Of a stretch of DNA of 64,000 bases, positions 21,611 through 31,158 are shown in pieces (the stretch's first letter is position 1; every line of letters begins with the position of its first letter). Made by a program: the position numbers and the translations under genes. The notes beneath the pieces are model-generated. The model saw only the letters and a list, made by a program, of their open reading frames with translations. It did not search any database and was not told the DNA's origin. The stretch comes from an uncultured delta proteobacterium (lineage in GTDB: Bacteria; Myxococcota_A; Polyangia; Fen-1088): positions 1,312,001 through 1,376,000 of the forward strand of contig CAVTRY010000011.1 in the NCBI GenBank assembly GCA_963737265.1. Direction: 5' to 3'.

Positions 21611-21626
21611 TGCTTCCAAGTCGACG

Positions 21627-22844
21627 TCAGTACGCAATCAGCAGCCAGTCGCCCTCGGTGCTTTGGCCGATGGCGAAGCGGGGGCGCTTGAAGTTGGTGC
21701 GAAACCTTTCTTGCTGTATGCCTTCGATGCCGTACACGACCTGGTCCTTCCTTTTTCGGCCATCCTCGCCGATGCCGACGAAGAGGAAGCATCGCTCGTC
21801 ATGAATCAGAAGAGGTCGTGCCCAGTCCTCGGAGGGGATAAAGTGGGCGAAGCTGCGGAAGCTCACCTTCCAGTTGGTTTCTAGCTTGCGGTTCATGCTG
21901 CGAACCGTGCTTTTGTCCGTTCCCTCATCGTTTCCCGAGGTGAATAGAAAGTCGTTGCCATGCGCATCCAACGGCTCGCTCGCCGGCAGCCACTTGGTCT
22001 CGTGCCGTGTACGAACCAGTCCGATGTCAGACGGCGTTCCAATCGGATTTCCTGCCCCGCTGCTCTCCGTCCAGAACCACTCCCACTTTTCCTTTACTGT
22101 CGAAAACGGCTTCTGCGCAACGATCCTCCCTGCCACGTCCAGCACCGTGGCTGTCGATGGAAAGACCCGGTCGTATCGTCCTGGGGTTCCCTTGTACGGG
22201 TATTGCTCCTGAAACATCTCGAGAATGAACACGTCGCCTTGCTGCGACACATACATTCTCGTATTTTCAGCCAAATAGCATGGTGCGGATGGCGTGTTTT
22301 TGGGGCAAAGATTGCCTTTCCGATTGCGGTCCAATGGTAGTGGCAGGAGCTGCGGCGGGCTTCCATCCAGAAGAAAGTGGTACAGGAACTTCTCGTCAAC
22401 GACCCAAAGTCCGTCAGGTCCGACCCGTGACATCGTGTAGCCGTTTCGACTGACACCAAGGTTGCGTGTTCGACACTTGCGTAGCGTGGCGACGTCCACC
22501 TCGATCACGTTAGCATCCGACGCTACGACCAGCCTGTTGCCGAAGAGATGCGAGGCGTGGATCTCCCCTTCGATTTCGAGTGGCACGCGAGCCAGCTCTT
22601 TGCCCTCCTTGTTCCACCGGACCAGGTCGCGGGCGCCGTCGGGTAGCTTGACCATCGCCACCATCGCCCCGCCAGGCAAAGGCTGTAGCGGTGGAATGAC
22701 CTCGCCCTTCACTGGCCAGCTCATCCTCCAGCCGGTCAGTTCCAGCTTTTGGCTCAGGCCGCGGACTGTGATCTTGTCTTCCTCGGCGTGGATCTCACCT
22801 GCCATCATGGTCAACCCCAAGAACAACGCAATGAATCGGTGCAT
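21627..22844 (-). CDS. Hypothetical secreted protein (candidate immunity protein)
   Basis: Signal peptide MHRFIALFLGLTMMAGEIHA; beta-rich; starts 12 bp after the phosphoesterase stop. Confidence 0.75.
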   Translation of the reverse strand: MHRFIALFLGLTMMAGEIHAEEDKITVRGLSQKLELTGWRMSWPVKGEVIPPLQPLPGGAMVAMVKLPDGARDLVRWNKEGKELARVPLEIEGEIHASHLFGNRLVVASDANVIEVDVATLRKCRTRNLGVSRNGYTMSRVGPDGLWVVDEKFLYHFLLDGSPPQLLPLPLDRNRKGNLCPKNTPSAPCYLAENTRMYVSQQGDVFILEMFQEQYPYKGTPGRYDRVFPSTATVLDVAGRIVAQKPFSTVKEKWEWFWTESSGAGNPIGTPSDIGLVRTRHETKWLPASEPLDAHGNDFLFTSGNDEGTDKSTVRSMNRKLETNWKVSFRSFAHFIPSEDWARPLLIHDERCFLFVGIGEDGRKRKDQVVYGIEGIQQERFRTNFKRPRFAIGQSTEGDWLLIAY

Positions 22845-22856
22845 CTGCCCACGGTC

Positions 22857-25544
22857 CTATTGGTAGGTGGAGAATTGCTTCCGCCAGGTCCAGTCTGGGG
22901 CCTCGAACCGGAAGAGATTGGCCATCTCGCCGACCAACGTGCCGTCGTCATTTCGGTTGGGCTGGATTTCGTAGCCTTGCGCGCCGGAGGAAAAGTCGTT
23001 CCAAATCGAAGGCACGGCGTCCACCTCCAGATTCCACCTCGTTTGGTACTCGTAAATATCGTCCAGACCAGCGGCCCCGTGAAAGCCAAAGGACATAAAC
23101 CGCCCCGATCTGGGCCCAAGCTGCAACCAGATGGAAAAGCCGTGAGCCTGTTTTTCGGGCACCTCGAAGACGGCCCTTGCCGCCGTCGATGCCTTGTACG
23201 GATTGTTCCTGTCCTCGTACATGGCCGCCACAAATTCCGTCCGCGTCGTCTCAATCCGTTCCCAGGTCGAGGTCGGGGTTGGACAACAGAATAGAACCAA
23301 GTCATCCATGTCGTTGGCTAAATCGTTGTGAAAGTACTTGCTAAAGGTGATGGTGATACGGTGTCGAATCTGGTTGATCTTCGCCCGTTCGAACGGTTCG
23401 ACCTCAATCTTCTCGAAAACGTGCCTCTTCATCACGTGCATGTAGTCGACGGCCACGGCGAGCCTGGGCTTGTCGCGCTGGGCGCTCGACGGCACCACCT
23501 CGATGTTGGTGACGTGGCCCTCGGCAGACACGCGGGCGATGGTTCCGGACGGACGGTCGCTGCCCCACTCTGCGAACTCGTGGCTGAGATTCAGACGAGG
23601 GAGGGGGCCGGCGCAATCCGAGACGATGATGGGCGTGCGGCCTTTGATCTTGGACGCCGCGTCGGCGACCACGCCGCGGACGAGACGCAGGGCGTGGCCT
23701 TCGGTCGGGTACTGGTGGCCGGTGGGCTGCCCGACGAAATACAGGCCCTTGCGATGCGAGTGACCGGTGATGACCAGGGCCAGATCCTTGCCCGCCGCAA
23801 CCTGGTCGTAGAGCTCTTTTCGCCCTTTTTCGAAAGTACCCAAGTCGTAGTCCGAGTAGGGCTGGCCCTTGCGTATCAGGTGCTGACCAAGAAGGTCGGT
23901 CTCGCCGTTGTCGACTTTTCCAGCGACGGGTTCGTCGCCGCAGGCGATGGTGTCCTTGTAGCTGACCAGCGTGAAATGGGTCATGAGCACGATCTTCTTG
24001 GCGCCGATCGACTTGAGCAGAGTGAGCTGCTGGCTGGTCACCGACTCGTTTGCGCGGCCGAGGTGACCCAAACCCTGCCCTCCCGACCTGACGGACGGTA
24101 GCCAGTTGATCCGCTGCTCGTCCTCGCCCCAGCCCAGCCCCACCAGTCTCTGCTTGGGCAGCTCGAAGCTAAAATCGGAGAAAGGTGTGAACGCGGCATA
24201 AAACCATTCGAACGCGCTTTTCTTCATCAGCGGCAGGCTGCTGGTGTCCGCGTAGGATTCTCCGAAGCTCAAGATAGACTCGTAGAAGGTCAGGTTATGG
24301 TCGGCGGGAATGCCTTCGTTTGCTGCCTTGAGCTGGAGCGCGCGCGGCGAGATGCCGTAGATATGTCTGCCGCCATAGGCGTCGTGATTGCCCGCAATCG
24401 CGAACGCGGGCTTGGCGGTGCAGAAGTCCCGGATCAGCGTGTAGAAGGCGATGAGGTCGACATTCGCTTGGTAGTTCTGGCGGTAGTTGTCATCGACGTT
24501 CACGCGTTTCCACACCGCGGCCGCGCTCTTGGCGAGCTTTTCCTCTGTTTGCTCATCGGTTGGCAGGGGGGAGGCATTGTCGATGTGCTCGATCAAATCG
24601 CCCCCCACGAGCAAGACGTCCAGGTCGTCCCCTTTGCCCTTCATCTTAGCGAGGATCGATACAAGCGAGGAATCGAAGCAGCTCACCAACGTGCCGATGG
24701 CAGGCGACTCCGTGGTTCCGGACGGCGCATCGATCACACGCGCGGGGCTTCTGGCCAAGAGCTTCTGGCGGGCGTTGATGTGGATGTCCGAGACGTGGCC
24801 GTAGCTGACCTCGGACAGGGTCCCCCGTGGATACACATAGAGCGGGTGATAGGCCACGATGCGCTGGTCGAGGTCGACCCGCGAGTAATCCACACCCTCG
24901 CCGTCGAGCTCGAATTCGTGCGTGCCGAAGCCGCCGCTGCCTTGCAGGGCCGGGCCGTTCAGGCGCTTAAAAACCTTGCGTATCTGGAGGTCCTGATATT
25001 CGGAATTCCCTGAACCGTCGTCCGCGCCAGGGCTGCCCGCTCCCTGCGAAGCTGCCGCCAGGCAAGACTCGTGTACCTGGATGGCGTAGAAACCGTCCAG
25101 CTCCTTGGGCAGCCAGTTGGAAACCGTGTCGTGCAGGACGCCACGGAAGATTCCCTTGGTCTTGAGCTGGCCGACTGCATCGCGCTCCACCGGCTCGACC
25201 GCGATCTTGCCCGTGGGATCGTCGAACAAATCGTCGTCCGTCACGCGTTTCTTGGCATCGAGGCCGGGCGCGAATTTGAGGTGGCGGTTTACGTCGTCGA
25301 TGGCGAGAGCGGGCGACTTGGGCGCGGCCACCAGGAGCTCGATCATGCCCTTGTTCTCGCCGCGCACGTGCAGGTTGGGCGTCAGCAGCGAGGGAAACAG
25401 CACCACTGCCGGAATGTTCGGTCGCGTGTCGATGGTGTTGAGGTGCTCGGGGGCGACCTGGAATTTGCCCTGCGACGGATCGGGTCGCGACACGAACGAG
25501 AAGGCTCGCCACACCAGGTTGTAGATATCGGGTTTACTGGCCAT
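22857..25544 (-). CDS. Large calcineurin-like metallophosphoesterase (895 aa, no signal peptide; candidate effector)
   Basis: All five metal motifs present: SDIH, GGDLIE, GNHD, MTH, TGHSH. Confidence 0.85.
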   Translation of the reverse strand: MASKPDIYNLVWRAFSFVSRPDPSQGKFQVAPEHLNTIDTRPNIPAVVLFPSLLTPNLHVRGENKGMIELLVAAPKSPALAIDDVNRHLKFAPGLDAKKRVTDDDLFDDPTGKIAVEPVERDAVGQLKTKGIFRGVLHDTVSNWLPKELDGFYAIQVHESCLAAASQGAGSPGADDGSGNSEYQDLQIRKVFKRLNGPALQGSGGFGTHEFELDGEGVDYSRVDLDQRIVAYHPLYVYPRGTLSEVSYGHVSDIHINARQKLLARSPARVIDAPSGTTESPAIGTLVSCFDSSLVSILAKMKGKGDDLDVLLVGGDLIEHIDNASPLPTDEQTEEKLAKSAAAVWKRVNVDDNYRQNYQANVDLIAFYTLIRDFCTAKPAFAIAGNHDAYGGRHIYGISPRALQLKAANEGIPADHNLTFYESILSFGESYADTSSLPLMKKSAFEWFYAAFTPFSDFSFELPKQRLVGLGWGEDEQRINWLPSVRSGGQGLGHLGRANESVTSQQLTLLKSIGAKKIVLMTHFTLVSYKDTIACGDEPVAGKVDNGETDLLGQHLIRKGQPYSDYDLGTFEKGRKELYDQVAAGKDLALVITGHSHRKGLYFVGQPTGHQYPTEGHALRLVRGVVADAASKIKGRTPIIVSDCAGPLPRLNLSHEFAEWGSDRPSGTIARVSAEGHVTNIEVVPSSAQRDKPRLAVAVDYMHVMKRHVFEKIEVEPFERAKINQIRHRITITFSKYFHNDLANDMDDLVLFCCPTPTSTWERIETTRTEFVAAMYEDRNNPYKASTAARAVFEVPEKQAHGFSIWLQLGPRSGRFMSFGFHGAAGLDDIYEYQTRWNLEVDAVPSIWNDFSSGAQGYEIQPNRNDDGTLVGEMANLFRFEAPDWTWRKQFSTYQ

Positions 25545-25553
25545 GTGTTTTTC

Positions 25554-25724
25554 CTAGCGGGTGGGGAAGCGGGCGCCCGGGCCATAGCTTAGCCCATCGG
25601 CTCGCACGACAAGGTCAGGGGCATAAGAAACTCGTCTGGCTTCGGCCAAGAAGACCGGGTCGATTAGCAGCCGCTGCTCTTCGTCGGTGAGGGGTGGTCG
25701 GGCGGAGGGATTAGGGGGCGCCAT
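25554..25724 (-). CDS. Small hypothetical protein (56 aa, below the ORF-track cutoff)
   Basis: MAPPNPSARPPLTDEEQRLLIDPVFLAEARRVSYAPDLVVRADGLSYGPGARFPTR; AGGAG RBS; fills the gap between two co-oriented genes. Confidence 0.55.
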   Translation of the reverse strand: MAPPNPSARPPLTDEEQRLLIDPVFLAEARRVSYAPDLVVRADGLSYGPGARFPTR

Positions 25725-25757
25725 GGGTTCTCCTGCGGGCGGTTCGGCCGTGCCGGG

Positions 25758-26489
25758 TTACCTGCCGTGGGCCGCGTGGAGTGCGGCGAGGAAGTCGTCA
25801 TCGACCACGTCTTGGTCATCCAGCAGCTTGACCCAGCGGAAATGCGCGATGGCGGTGTGGGTGGCATCGTCGGCGTTTCCGTCGATCGGGCCCGTGTAGA
25901 AGCCGAGGTTCTGCAGGCGGGCTTGGATTCCCGAGGTGGTGTCGGACGGATCCAGTCCGCCCACGGCGAAATCGTAGGCAGCAAAGGGCTGGTCGGCGGC
26001 GCTCCCCGCGCGCGAGAGCTCGACGTGGACCTTGCTGGTATCGGGTGGCAAGTCGATTTCCAGTTTTCCGGTCGAAGGTAGCGTGCCCTCCACGGCGCCA
26101 CCGGTGTCAGGGGTTGCCTTGAAGGTGACCGGGTTCTCCTCGCTGCACTTGACTCCGGCGAAGCGCACGCGCAGCACCTCGGCCGCGCCCTGCACGACGT
26201 ATTCAGCCGCGCCACCCGGGACCTCCGCCTCGCGCGCGAGCTTGCTCGGGATGGCGACCTTGTCGCCCGGCAAGAGGATGTGGGCGGTTCCGCGCAACTT
26301 GCGCAGGTCTTCGTTCTTCGCAAAATCCCAAATGGTCTGCCAACGAATGAAGCCATGCGCCCGAGCGATCGTGGGCAACCGGTCGCCTTGCTCGACCGTG
26401 TACTGCGACGCCTCGCTACGCTCGTCCTCGGCCAGATCGAGCGCGCCATCCCCGTCCCAGTCGGCGCCATCGAGGTCGGGGAAGGTCAC
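25758..26489 (-). CDS. LysM + peptidoglycan-binding domain protein (probably the 3' part of a deleted longer gene)
   Basis: LysM-like YTVEQGDRLPTIARAHGF..LLPGDKVAIP; PG-binding GIQARLQNLGFYTGPIDG..THTAIAHF; the frame extends upstream (VRATSSSPGVFTVTFPDLD). Confidence 0.75.
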   Translation of the reverse strand: MTFPDLDGADWDGDGALDLAEDERSEASQYTVEQGDRLPTIARAHGFIRWQTIWDFAKNEDLRKLRGTAHILLPGDKVAIPSKLAREAEVPGGAAEYVVQGAAEVLRVRFAGVKCSEENPVTFKATPDTGGAVEGTLPSTGKLEIDLPPDTSKVHVELSRAGSAADQPFAAYDFAVGGLDPSDTTSGIQARLQNLGFYTGPIDGNADDATHTAIAHFRWVKLLDDQDVVDDDFLAALHAAHGR

Positions 26490-26523
26490 CGTGAAGACGC
26501 CCGGTGAAGAGCTCGTCGCCCGA

Positions 26524-26656
26524 ACAGCGCGTGGAGGGGACTGAGAGCCTCGTATTCACCCTCGCGACACAGCCGACTGGCATCGAGCCTACCGACCAAG
26601 ATGACCTTGTTCTCGAGTTGCCAAAAAGGCGAGATGCCAAGCGAGGGGCCAAACAT
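26524..26656 (-). repeat. Inverted repeat arm 1 (133 bp, coding: MFGPSLGISPFWQLENKVILVGRLDASRLC...)
   Basis: Reverse complement of 27087-27219 with about 10 mismatches by manual comparison, mostly synonymous. Confidence 0.9.
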
Positions 26657-26739
26657 GTGTGTCCTTTCACCTGCGCCGTCCGAGCTGGTGACCATAGTGA
26701 AGGTCGGCAACCGGCGAGAAGTCTACCACTGAACCACCC

Positions 26740-26977
26740 GCTGTCTGCCGAACGCCCCGAGGGCGTTCTTGCGCAAATCCTAGACCGCGGCGAGATGTCC
26801 GCTTGGCGGGAGCTGTACCGCCTTGCCGGTGCAGACCCGGATCTGCGTGCGCGAATCGCCCGGGTGGTGGCGAAAGTGCCATTGCTCATGCCGAGGTTTT
26901 GGTCTGCGGCCCTGAAGAGTCTTGGCGAGCCGGTCGACCTCGGCATGGATCTGCCGCGAGCCGATCTCGGGCTTTGA
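26740..26977 (+). pseudogene. 5'-truncated small protein resembling partners of AbiEii-like nucleotidyltransferases
   Basis: VLAQILDRGEMSAWRELYRLA..RARIARVV..FWSAALKSLGE; no convincing start codon. Family assignment is from memory. Confidence 0.45.
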
Positions 26978-27077
26978 TCTACTACCTCCGGGCCGTCGCC
27001 CCAAAAGGCCAGGGGGTTAGGGAAGAACTAGGCGCGGCCAGGCTGGACCAAAAAACAACTTCGTATAGCATGGCGCC

Positions 27078-29411
27078 ATGGATTTGATGTTTGGCCCCTC
27101 GCTTGGCATCTCGCCTTTTTGGCAGCTCGAAAACAAGGTCATCTTGGTTGGCAGGCTCGATGCCAGTCGGCTATGTCGCGACGGCGAATACGAGGCTCTC
27201 AATCTCCTCCAGGCGCTGTGGGACTTTCGCCGCCTGTGGCCGAGGCCGCCCTGGCGCATGCGGCGCTTCGCCGCCGACGCCCGGCTGTCGAGATTCCCGC
27301 TGTCGTCGCTCGACGATCGCAAAGTGGACGAGCTGATTGAAAGCGCCATCCGGCTCGGCGATTTGGTCGCCATCAGGAAGGTCGACCCGGCCGTGCTTGC
27401 GGCGCGGCCCGTGGATCCAGCCGTGGCGAAGCTGCGCCTGATTCGCGAGATCGAAGCCAAGACCGGCGGGAAGATGACCGAGTCGGGCCGTCACTACCGG
27501 CTGCTGCGCGACATCGACTTCGAAAAGTTCCCCGAGCGCAACTACTACTATGTGGTCCGCCAGGACGAGGCCAAGCAAGTCCTGGACGCCCTGGCCAAAG
27601 GGACCGGCACGTCCGGCGAGCTGGCAGCACTTTTCGCCAAGGCGCGCGACCAAATCACCCGCGACTGGCGTCGGCCCTTTTCATCGCCCGACGGTCTCAT
27701 CCTTCTTCGCCGCGCGCCGGTCGAGCGCGCGCCAGCGAAGGATACCGGACCCGCCATCACGCCGTCGCAGATGAAGGCGCTGCTCGATGCCGAAAAGCCG
27801 GTCACGTTCTTTGCCCGTTTCGTCGACGAGCACGGCAAGGGGCTGTCCGGTTTTACCGGCACGCTGGCGCACGGCTCGGATCCCGATAGCGACTTGGCGT
27901 TTCCCGGCAGCGGATTCGCCAAGGTCACCCTCAAGGGCAAAGCGCAGGCGTGGCTCACCCTGTCGGACGATGCGACCCAGGACTTGGTCGATGCCTTGAA
28001 AGCCCGCTGGAAGGAAATTCGCGGCAAGGTGGACAAGGCGTGGAAAGCGAAGGAAGAAGCGCTGGTCGAAGTGTCGTTCGAGAAGGGCAAGCTGCCCGAA
28101 CTGCAACTGGAAGCCGAGAAGAAGCACACCTTCATGCTCCGGCCCCCCGTGGCGTTGGCGCGCATGCACGGCATGTACTTCGATGCCAACAAATGCTTCC
28201 TGCTGCCCACGGCGATTGCCAGCCTTAAGCGTCTGGTCCAAATCTACGAGCTGCACCTCGATTCGGAGTTGCTGATCGTCGGCCACACCGACACGGCGGG
28301 CTCCGAGGCTTTCAACCTGGATTTGTCCGCCGATCGGGCCGAGGCGATGCGGGCATACCTGCGCGACGACGCCGACACCTGGCTCGCCTGGTGGAACGAA
28401 GGCGTCAGGAAGAGCAAACGCTGGGGCGAGCACGAGGATCTCCAGATGATCGACGCCCTGGTGCCCGACGACCGATTCGGCGACGGCAGTCACGTCAAAG
28501 CTTACCAGAACTGGCACAACGGCGAGGCGCCCGACGCGCGCCAAGAAGACCAGGCACGCGGCCAGCCCGACGGATGGGAAGAGCTGAAAGTCGACGGTAT
28601 CCTGGGACCGAAAACGCGCCGGCAACTGATCCTCGATTACATGAATCTGGCCGGCACGTCGCTGGAAGACGACGTGCGCGTAGTCACCTACGGTTGCGGG
28701 GAATACTTTCCGCTTGAAAGCGAGGAAGGCGAGGTCGATCAAAAGGCCGAGGACAATGAAGAGGTGCAATTCGACCGGCGCGTGGAAGTGTTCTTCTTCG
28801 CCAAACCGTTCGGCATCCTTCCGCCCGTGCCTGGGGTGGCCGACGGCGTGTCGTCGAAGACAGCGACCAAGGCAGCCAAGGGCGACAAGCTGTATCCCGA
28901 GTGGCGGCTGCGCGCATCCCGTTTCCATGCCGTCGAGACCGAGGCCGATGGTTTTCGGTTTCGCTTGTGCGACAGCGACCTTGCGCCCTATGCCAACCGA
29001 CCGTTTGCCTTGTGCCTGGAAGACTATCCCGAGCTTCGCGGTACTACCGACGACGGCGGCTTCGTCATTGTCGACTCGCCGCCGGCGGGTGCGCAAGGCT
29101 ACGTCGAGGTGTGGCCCGACGACGAGCTTCCCGAGGAAACCGTTCGCTGGGAGCTCGGCATCGACGCCATGATTTCGCCCGCAACGCCGCTTGGCGCATC
29201 AACTCGACTGTTCAATCTGGACTACTTCGCCGGCGAGCCGAGCGACGAAATGACGGACGAGCTGCAGGACGCCATCAGTTACTTCCAGGGCGACACCGCC
29301 GGGCTGGAAATTACGGGCGAGCTGGACGACGACACTTGCGCAGGGTTGCGCAACCTCCACGAGTGCGAGCCACTGGCCGCTTCCCCTGGCTCCGAGGAGC
29401 CGACCGGATGA
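27078..29411 (+). CDS. OmpA-like + peptidoglycan-binding domain protein, no signal peptide
   Basis: OmpA C-like motifs YFDANK, IVGHTDTAGSEAFNLDLSADRA, GCGEYFP and DRRVE; PG-binding motifs LKVDGILGPKTR and LEITGELDDDT. Confidence 0.85.
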   Translation: MDLMFGPSLGISPFWQLENKVILVGRLDASRLCRDGEYEALNLLQALWDFRRLWPRPPWRMRRFAADARLSRFPLSSLDDRKVDELIESAIRLGDLVAIRKVDPAVLAARPVDPAVAKLRLIREIEAKTGGKMTESGRHYRLLRDIDFEKFPERNYYYVVRQDEAKQVLDALAKGTGTSGELAALFAKARDQITRDWRRPFSSPDGLILLRRAPVERAPAKDTGPAITPSQMKALLDAEKPVTFFARFVDEHGKGLSGFTGTLAHGSDPDSDLAFPGSGFAKVTLKGKAQAWLTLSDDATQDLVDALKARWKEIRGKVDKAWKAKEEALVEVSFEKGKLPELQLEAEKKHTFMLRPPVALARMHGMYFDANKCFLLPTAIASLKRLVQIYELHLDSELLIVGHTDTAGSEAFNLDLSADRAEAMRAYLRDDADTWLAWWNEGVRKSKRWGEHEDLQMIDALVPDDRFGDGSHVKAYQNWHNGEAPDARQEDQARGQPDGWEELKVDGILGPKTRRQLILDYMNLAGTSLEDDVRVVTYGCGEYFPLESEEGEVDQKAEDNEEVQFDRRVEVFFFAKPFGILPPVPGVADGVSSKTATKAAKGDKLYPEWRLRASRFHAVETEADGFRFRLCDSDLAPYANRPFALCLEDYPELRGTTDDGGFVIVDSPPAGAQGYVEVWPDDELPEETVRWELGIDAMISPATPLGASTRLFNLDYFAGEPSDEMTDELQDAISYFQGDTAGLEITGELDDDTCAGLRNLHECEPLAASPGSEEPTG
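27087..27219 (+). repeat. Inverted repeat arm 2 (5' end of the OmpA-like gene)
   Basis: See arm 1 at 26524-26656. Confidence 0.9.
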
Positions 29412-30280
29412 CGAGGCGCCGCGGTATCTTCCTGGTTGCCTGGGTCGTTGGGGGATGGCTGGCGGCACTGGTCGCGGTGCCGCATCTGCGCTGGTGGATC
29501 GAGGAGCACAACCATCGCACGACAGGACCGTCGTACGGGCTGGCCAACGACGCGGCGGCGTCCCTCGCGGCGGCTCTCGATCAACCAGCGCGCGTTGCCG
29601 AGCTGGTGGCAGTTCCGGAATCCGAGCCCACGCCCGCGACCTCGTGCGAGCTCACCTGGACCGATCGAGAAAAGACCTATGTCTACGCGCAGCGGGCCTC
29701 GCGGGCAGCGCCCGAGACCGCGTGGCGGGCGGTCACGGTCGCCGGCAAGGCGATCCTCGGCCGCTATGTCGCGGACTTGTGGGCGGGCGACTGCAGGGAG
29801 AAGGGCTCCGACTACAAAAGGGACTGCACCGTGGTGGAGCGCGCGCGACTGGTCGAGCGGCGGGAGATCCCCGTGGCACCTTCACCCGACAGGGCGACAC
29901 CGCTGCTGCCCGGTGAGTGCACGCTCGGAACCTTCGCGGGCAAGCCAGGCGTCGTCGGCCGGTACAAGGTGACCCTGCCCGCGGAGCGCGAGATCACGGT
30001 GCGCGCATTCGTGATCCCGGCCACCGCGTTCCTGGCGTACCGGCTGTCGCTGCGCGGACAGGATGCCCCACACGTCGACAAGGAGAGCACCATGTTTCGC
30101 TCGCTCGGCCAGGGCGAATACGACCTGGAGGTCACCCTGCTACCCGCAGTCGGCGCCGCCGACCTGCCCGGCGAGTACAGCCTGCAAGTCCACTGGGGCC
30201 GCGCTGTCGGCCCTCGCTGTCCCATTCCGAGCTTCGACGAGAGCAACTGCTACGGCGTTCCGGGCGGGAAGCAGCCATGA
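29408..30280 (+). CDS. Hypothetical membrane-anchored protein, family X copy 1 (candidate immunity)
   Basis: ATG overlaps the OmpA-like stop (ATGA); N-terminal TM segment; Cys pairs; near-identical copy at 34425-35318. Confidence 0.8.
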   Translation: MTRRRGIFLVAWVVGGWLAALVAVPHLRWWIEEHNHRTTGPSYGLANDAAASLAAALDQPARVAELVAVPESEPTPATSCELTWTDREKTYVYAQRASRAAPETAWRAVTVAGKAILGRYVADLWAGDCREKGSDYKRDCTVVERARLVERREIPVAPSPDRATPLLPGECTLGTFAGKPGVVGRYKVTLPAEREITVRAFVIPATAFLAYRLSLRGQDAPHVDKESTMFRSLGQGEYDLEVTLLPAVGAADLPGEYSLQVHWGRAVGPRCPIPSFDESNCYGVPGGKQP

Positions 30281-31158
30281 AGGCTAACGGATCGCCCATC
30301 GAACACCTCGCGCGGGCTGTCGGAGCCGTGGGCTGGGCGTGGGCGACGATCCTGCTCCTGGGGACGGTGCTGACCCTGGAACGCGACCGTGGGGCGCCGT
30401 ATCCGGCGGGCCAGTTGGGAGAGGCGTTTGCGAGCACAAAGCCAGTGGACCGTGAGATTTTCGGTCCAGTAGCCGATCGCATTCACGGGCGAAGTGTCTG
30501 CGACAAGATGTGGTTCGATGAAGATGCGGTGCCGATTCGCGGCATCGGACCCATGAACGGCTCAACGGCACCTGCATGGCTCACCCTGACTGTTGCCGGC
30601 CAGGTCTTTGTCGGCAGAGTCACCGTAGATCTGTGGAACGGAGTCGGGGCAGGAACCGGTGGCCTGGAATCCTCGACCAATTTCATCGTCGCCACCAACC
30701 TTCGCTTCGTGGAGCGCGTGCCGCCACCTCGCCCAGGCCCGCCCGGTTGGCGGGTCATTCGGCCAGGCGAGTGCGCCCTCGGCAGCACGGAGCCTCAGGA
30801 TGCTTCGGGTGTCGTCGGGCGGTTCTTAATCGACCTGCCGGCAGAACGATTCGTCAACATTGGATTCATGCCAGAAGCTGAAGGGGATTACACACCGATG
30901 GACTGGAAGCTCACTTTCGATGGGCAGGATGTCCGAACGGTCCAAGAGGACGAGTACAAAGAAGGCCGATATCGGCCGGAACGATCGGGACGATATGAGC
31001 TTACAGTCCGTCGAACCGACGGACCAGACGCCGGCCAGATACCCGGAAGGCCACGGCAACACTACAGTGTCCAGGTGGCATGGGGTGCGTCGATAACAGG
31101 ATCGTGTTCTCCGCCTGATAGCTATGGCAACTGTTTCATGGAGGTCCATCGTGAGTGA
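30277..31158 (+). CDS. Hypothetical membrane-anchored protein, family X divergent paralog
   Basis: ATGA coupling; shares AW..TVAG..GR..DLW.G, PGEC.LG, GVVGR...LPAER and YS.QV.WG..C..NC with the upstream gene. Confidence 0.8.
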   Translation: MKANGSPIEHLARAVGAVGWAWATILLLGTVLTLERDRGAPYPAGQLGEAFASTKPVDREIFGPVADRIHGRSVCDKMWFDEDAVPIRGIGPMNGSTAPAWLTLTVAGQVFVGRVTVDLWNGVGAGTGGLESSTNFIVATNLRFVERVPPPRPGPPGWRVIRPGECALGSTEPQDASGVVGRFLIDLPAERFVNIGFMPEAEGDYTPMDWKLTFDGQDVRTVQEDEYKEGRYRPERSGRYELTVRRTDGPDAGQIPGRPRQHYSVQVAWGASITGSCSPPDSYGNCFMEVHRE

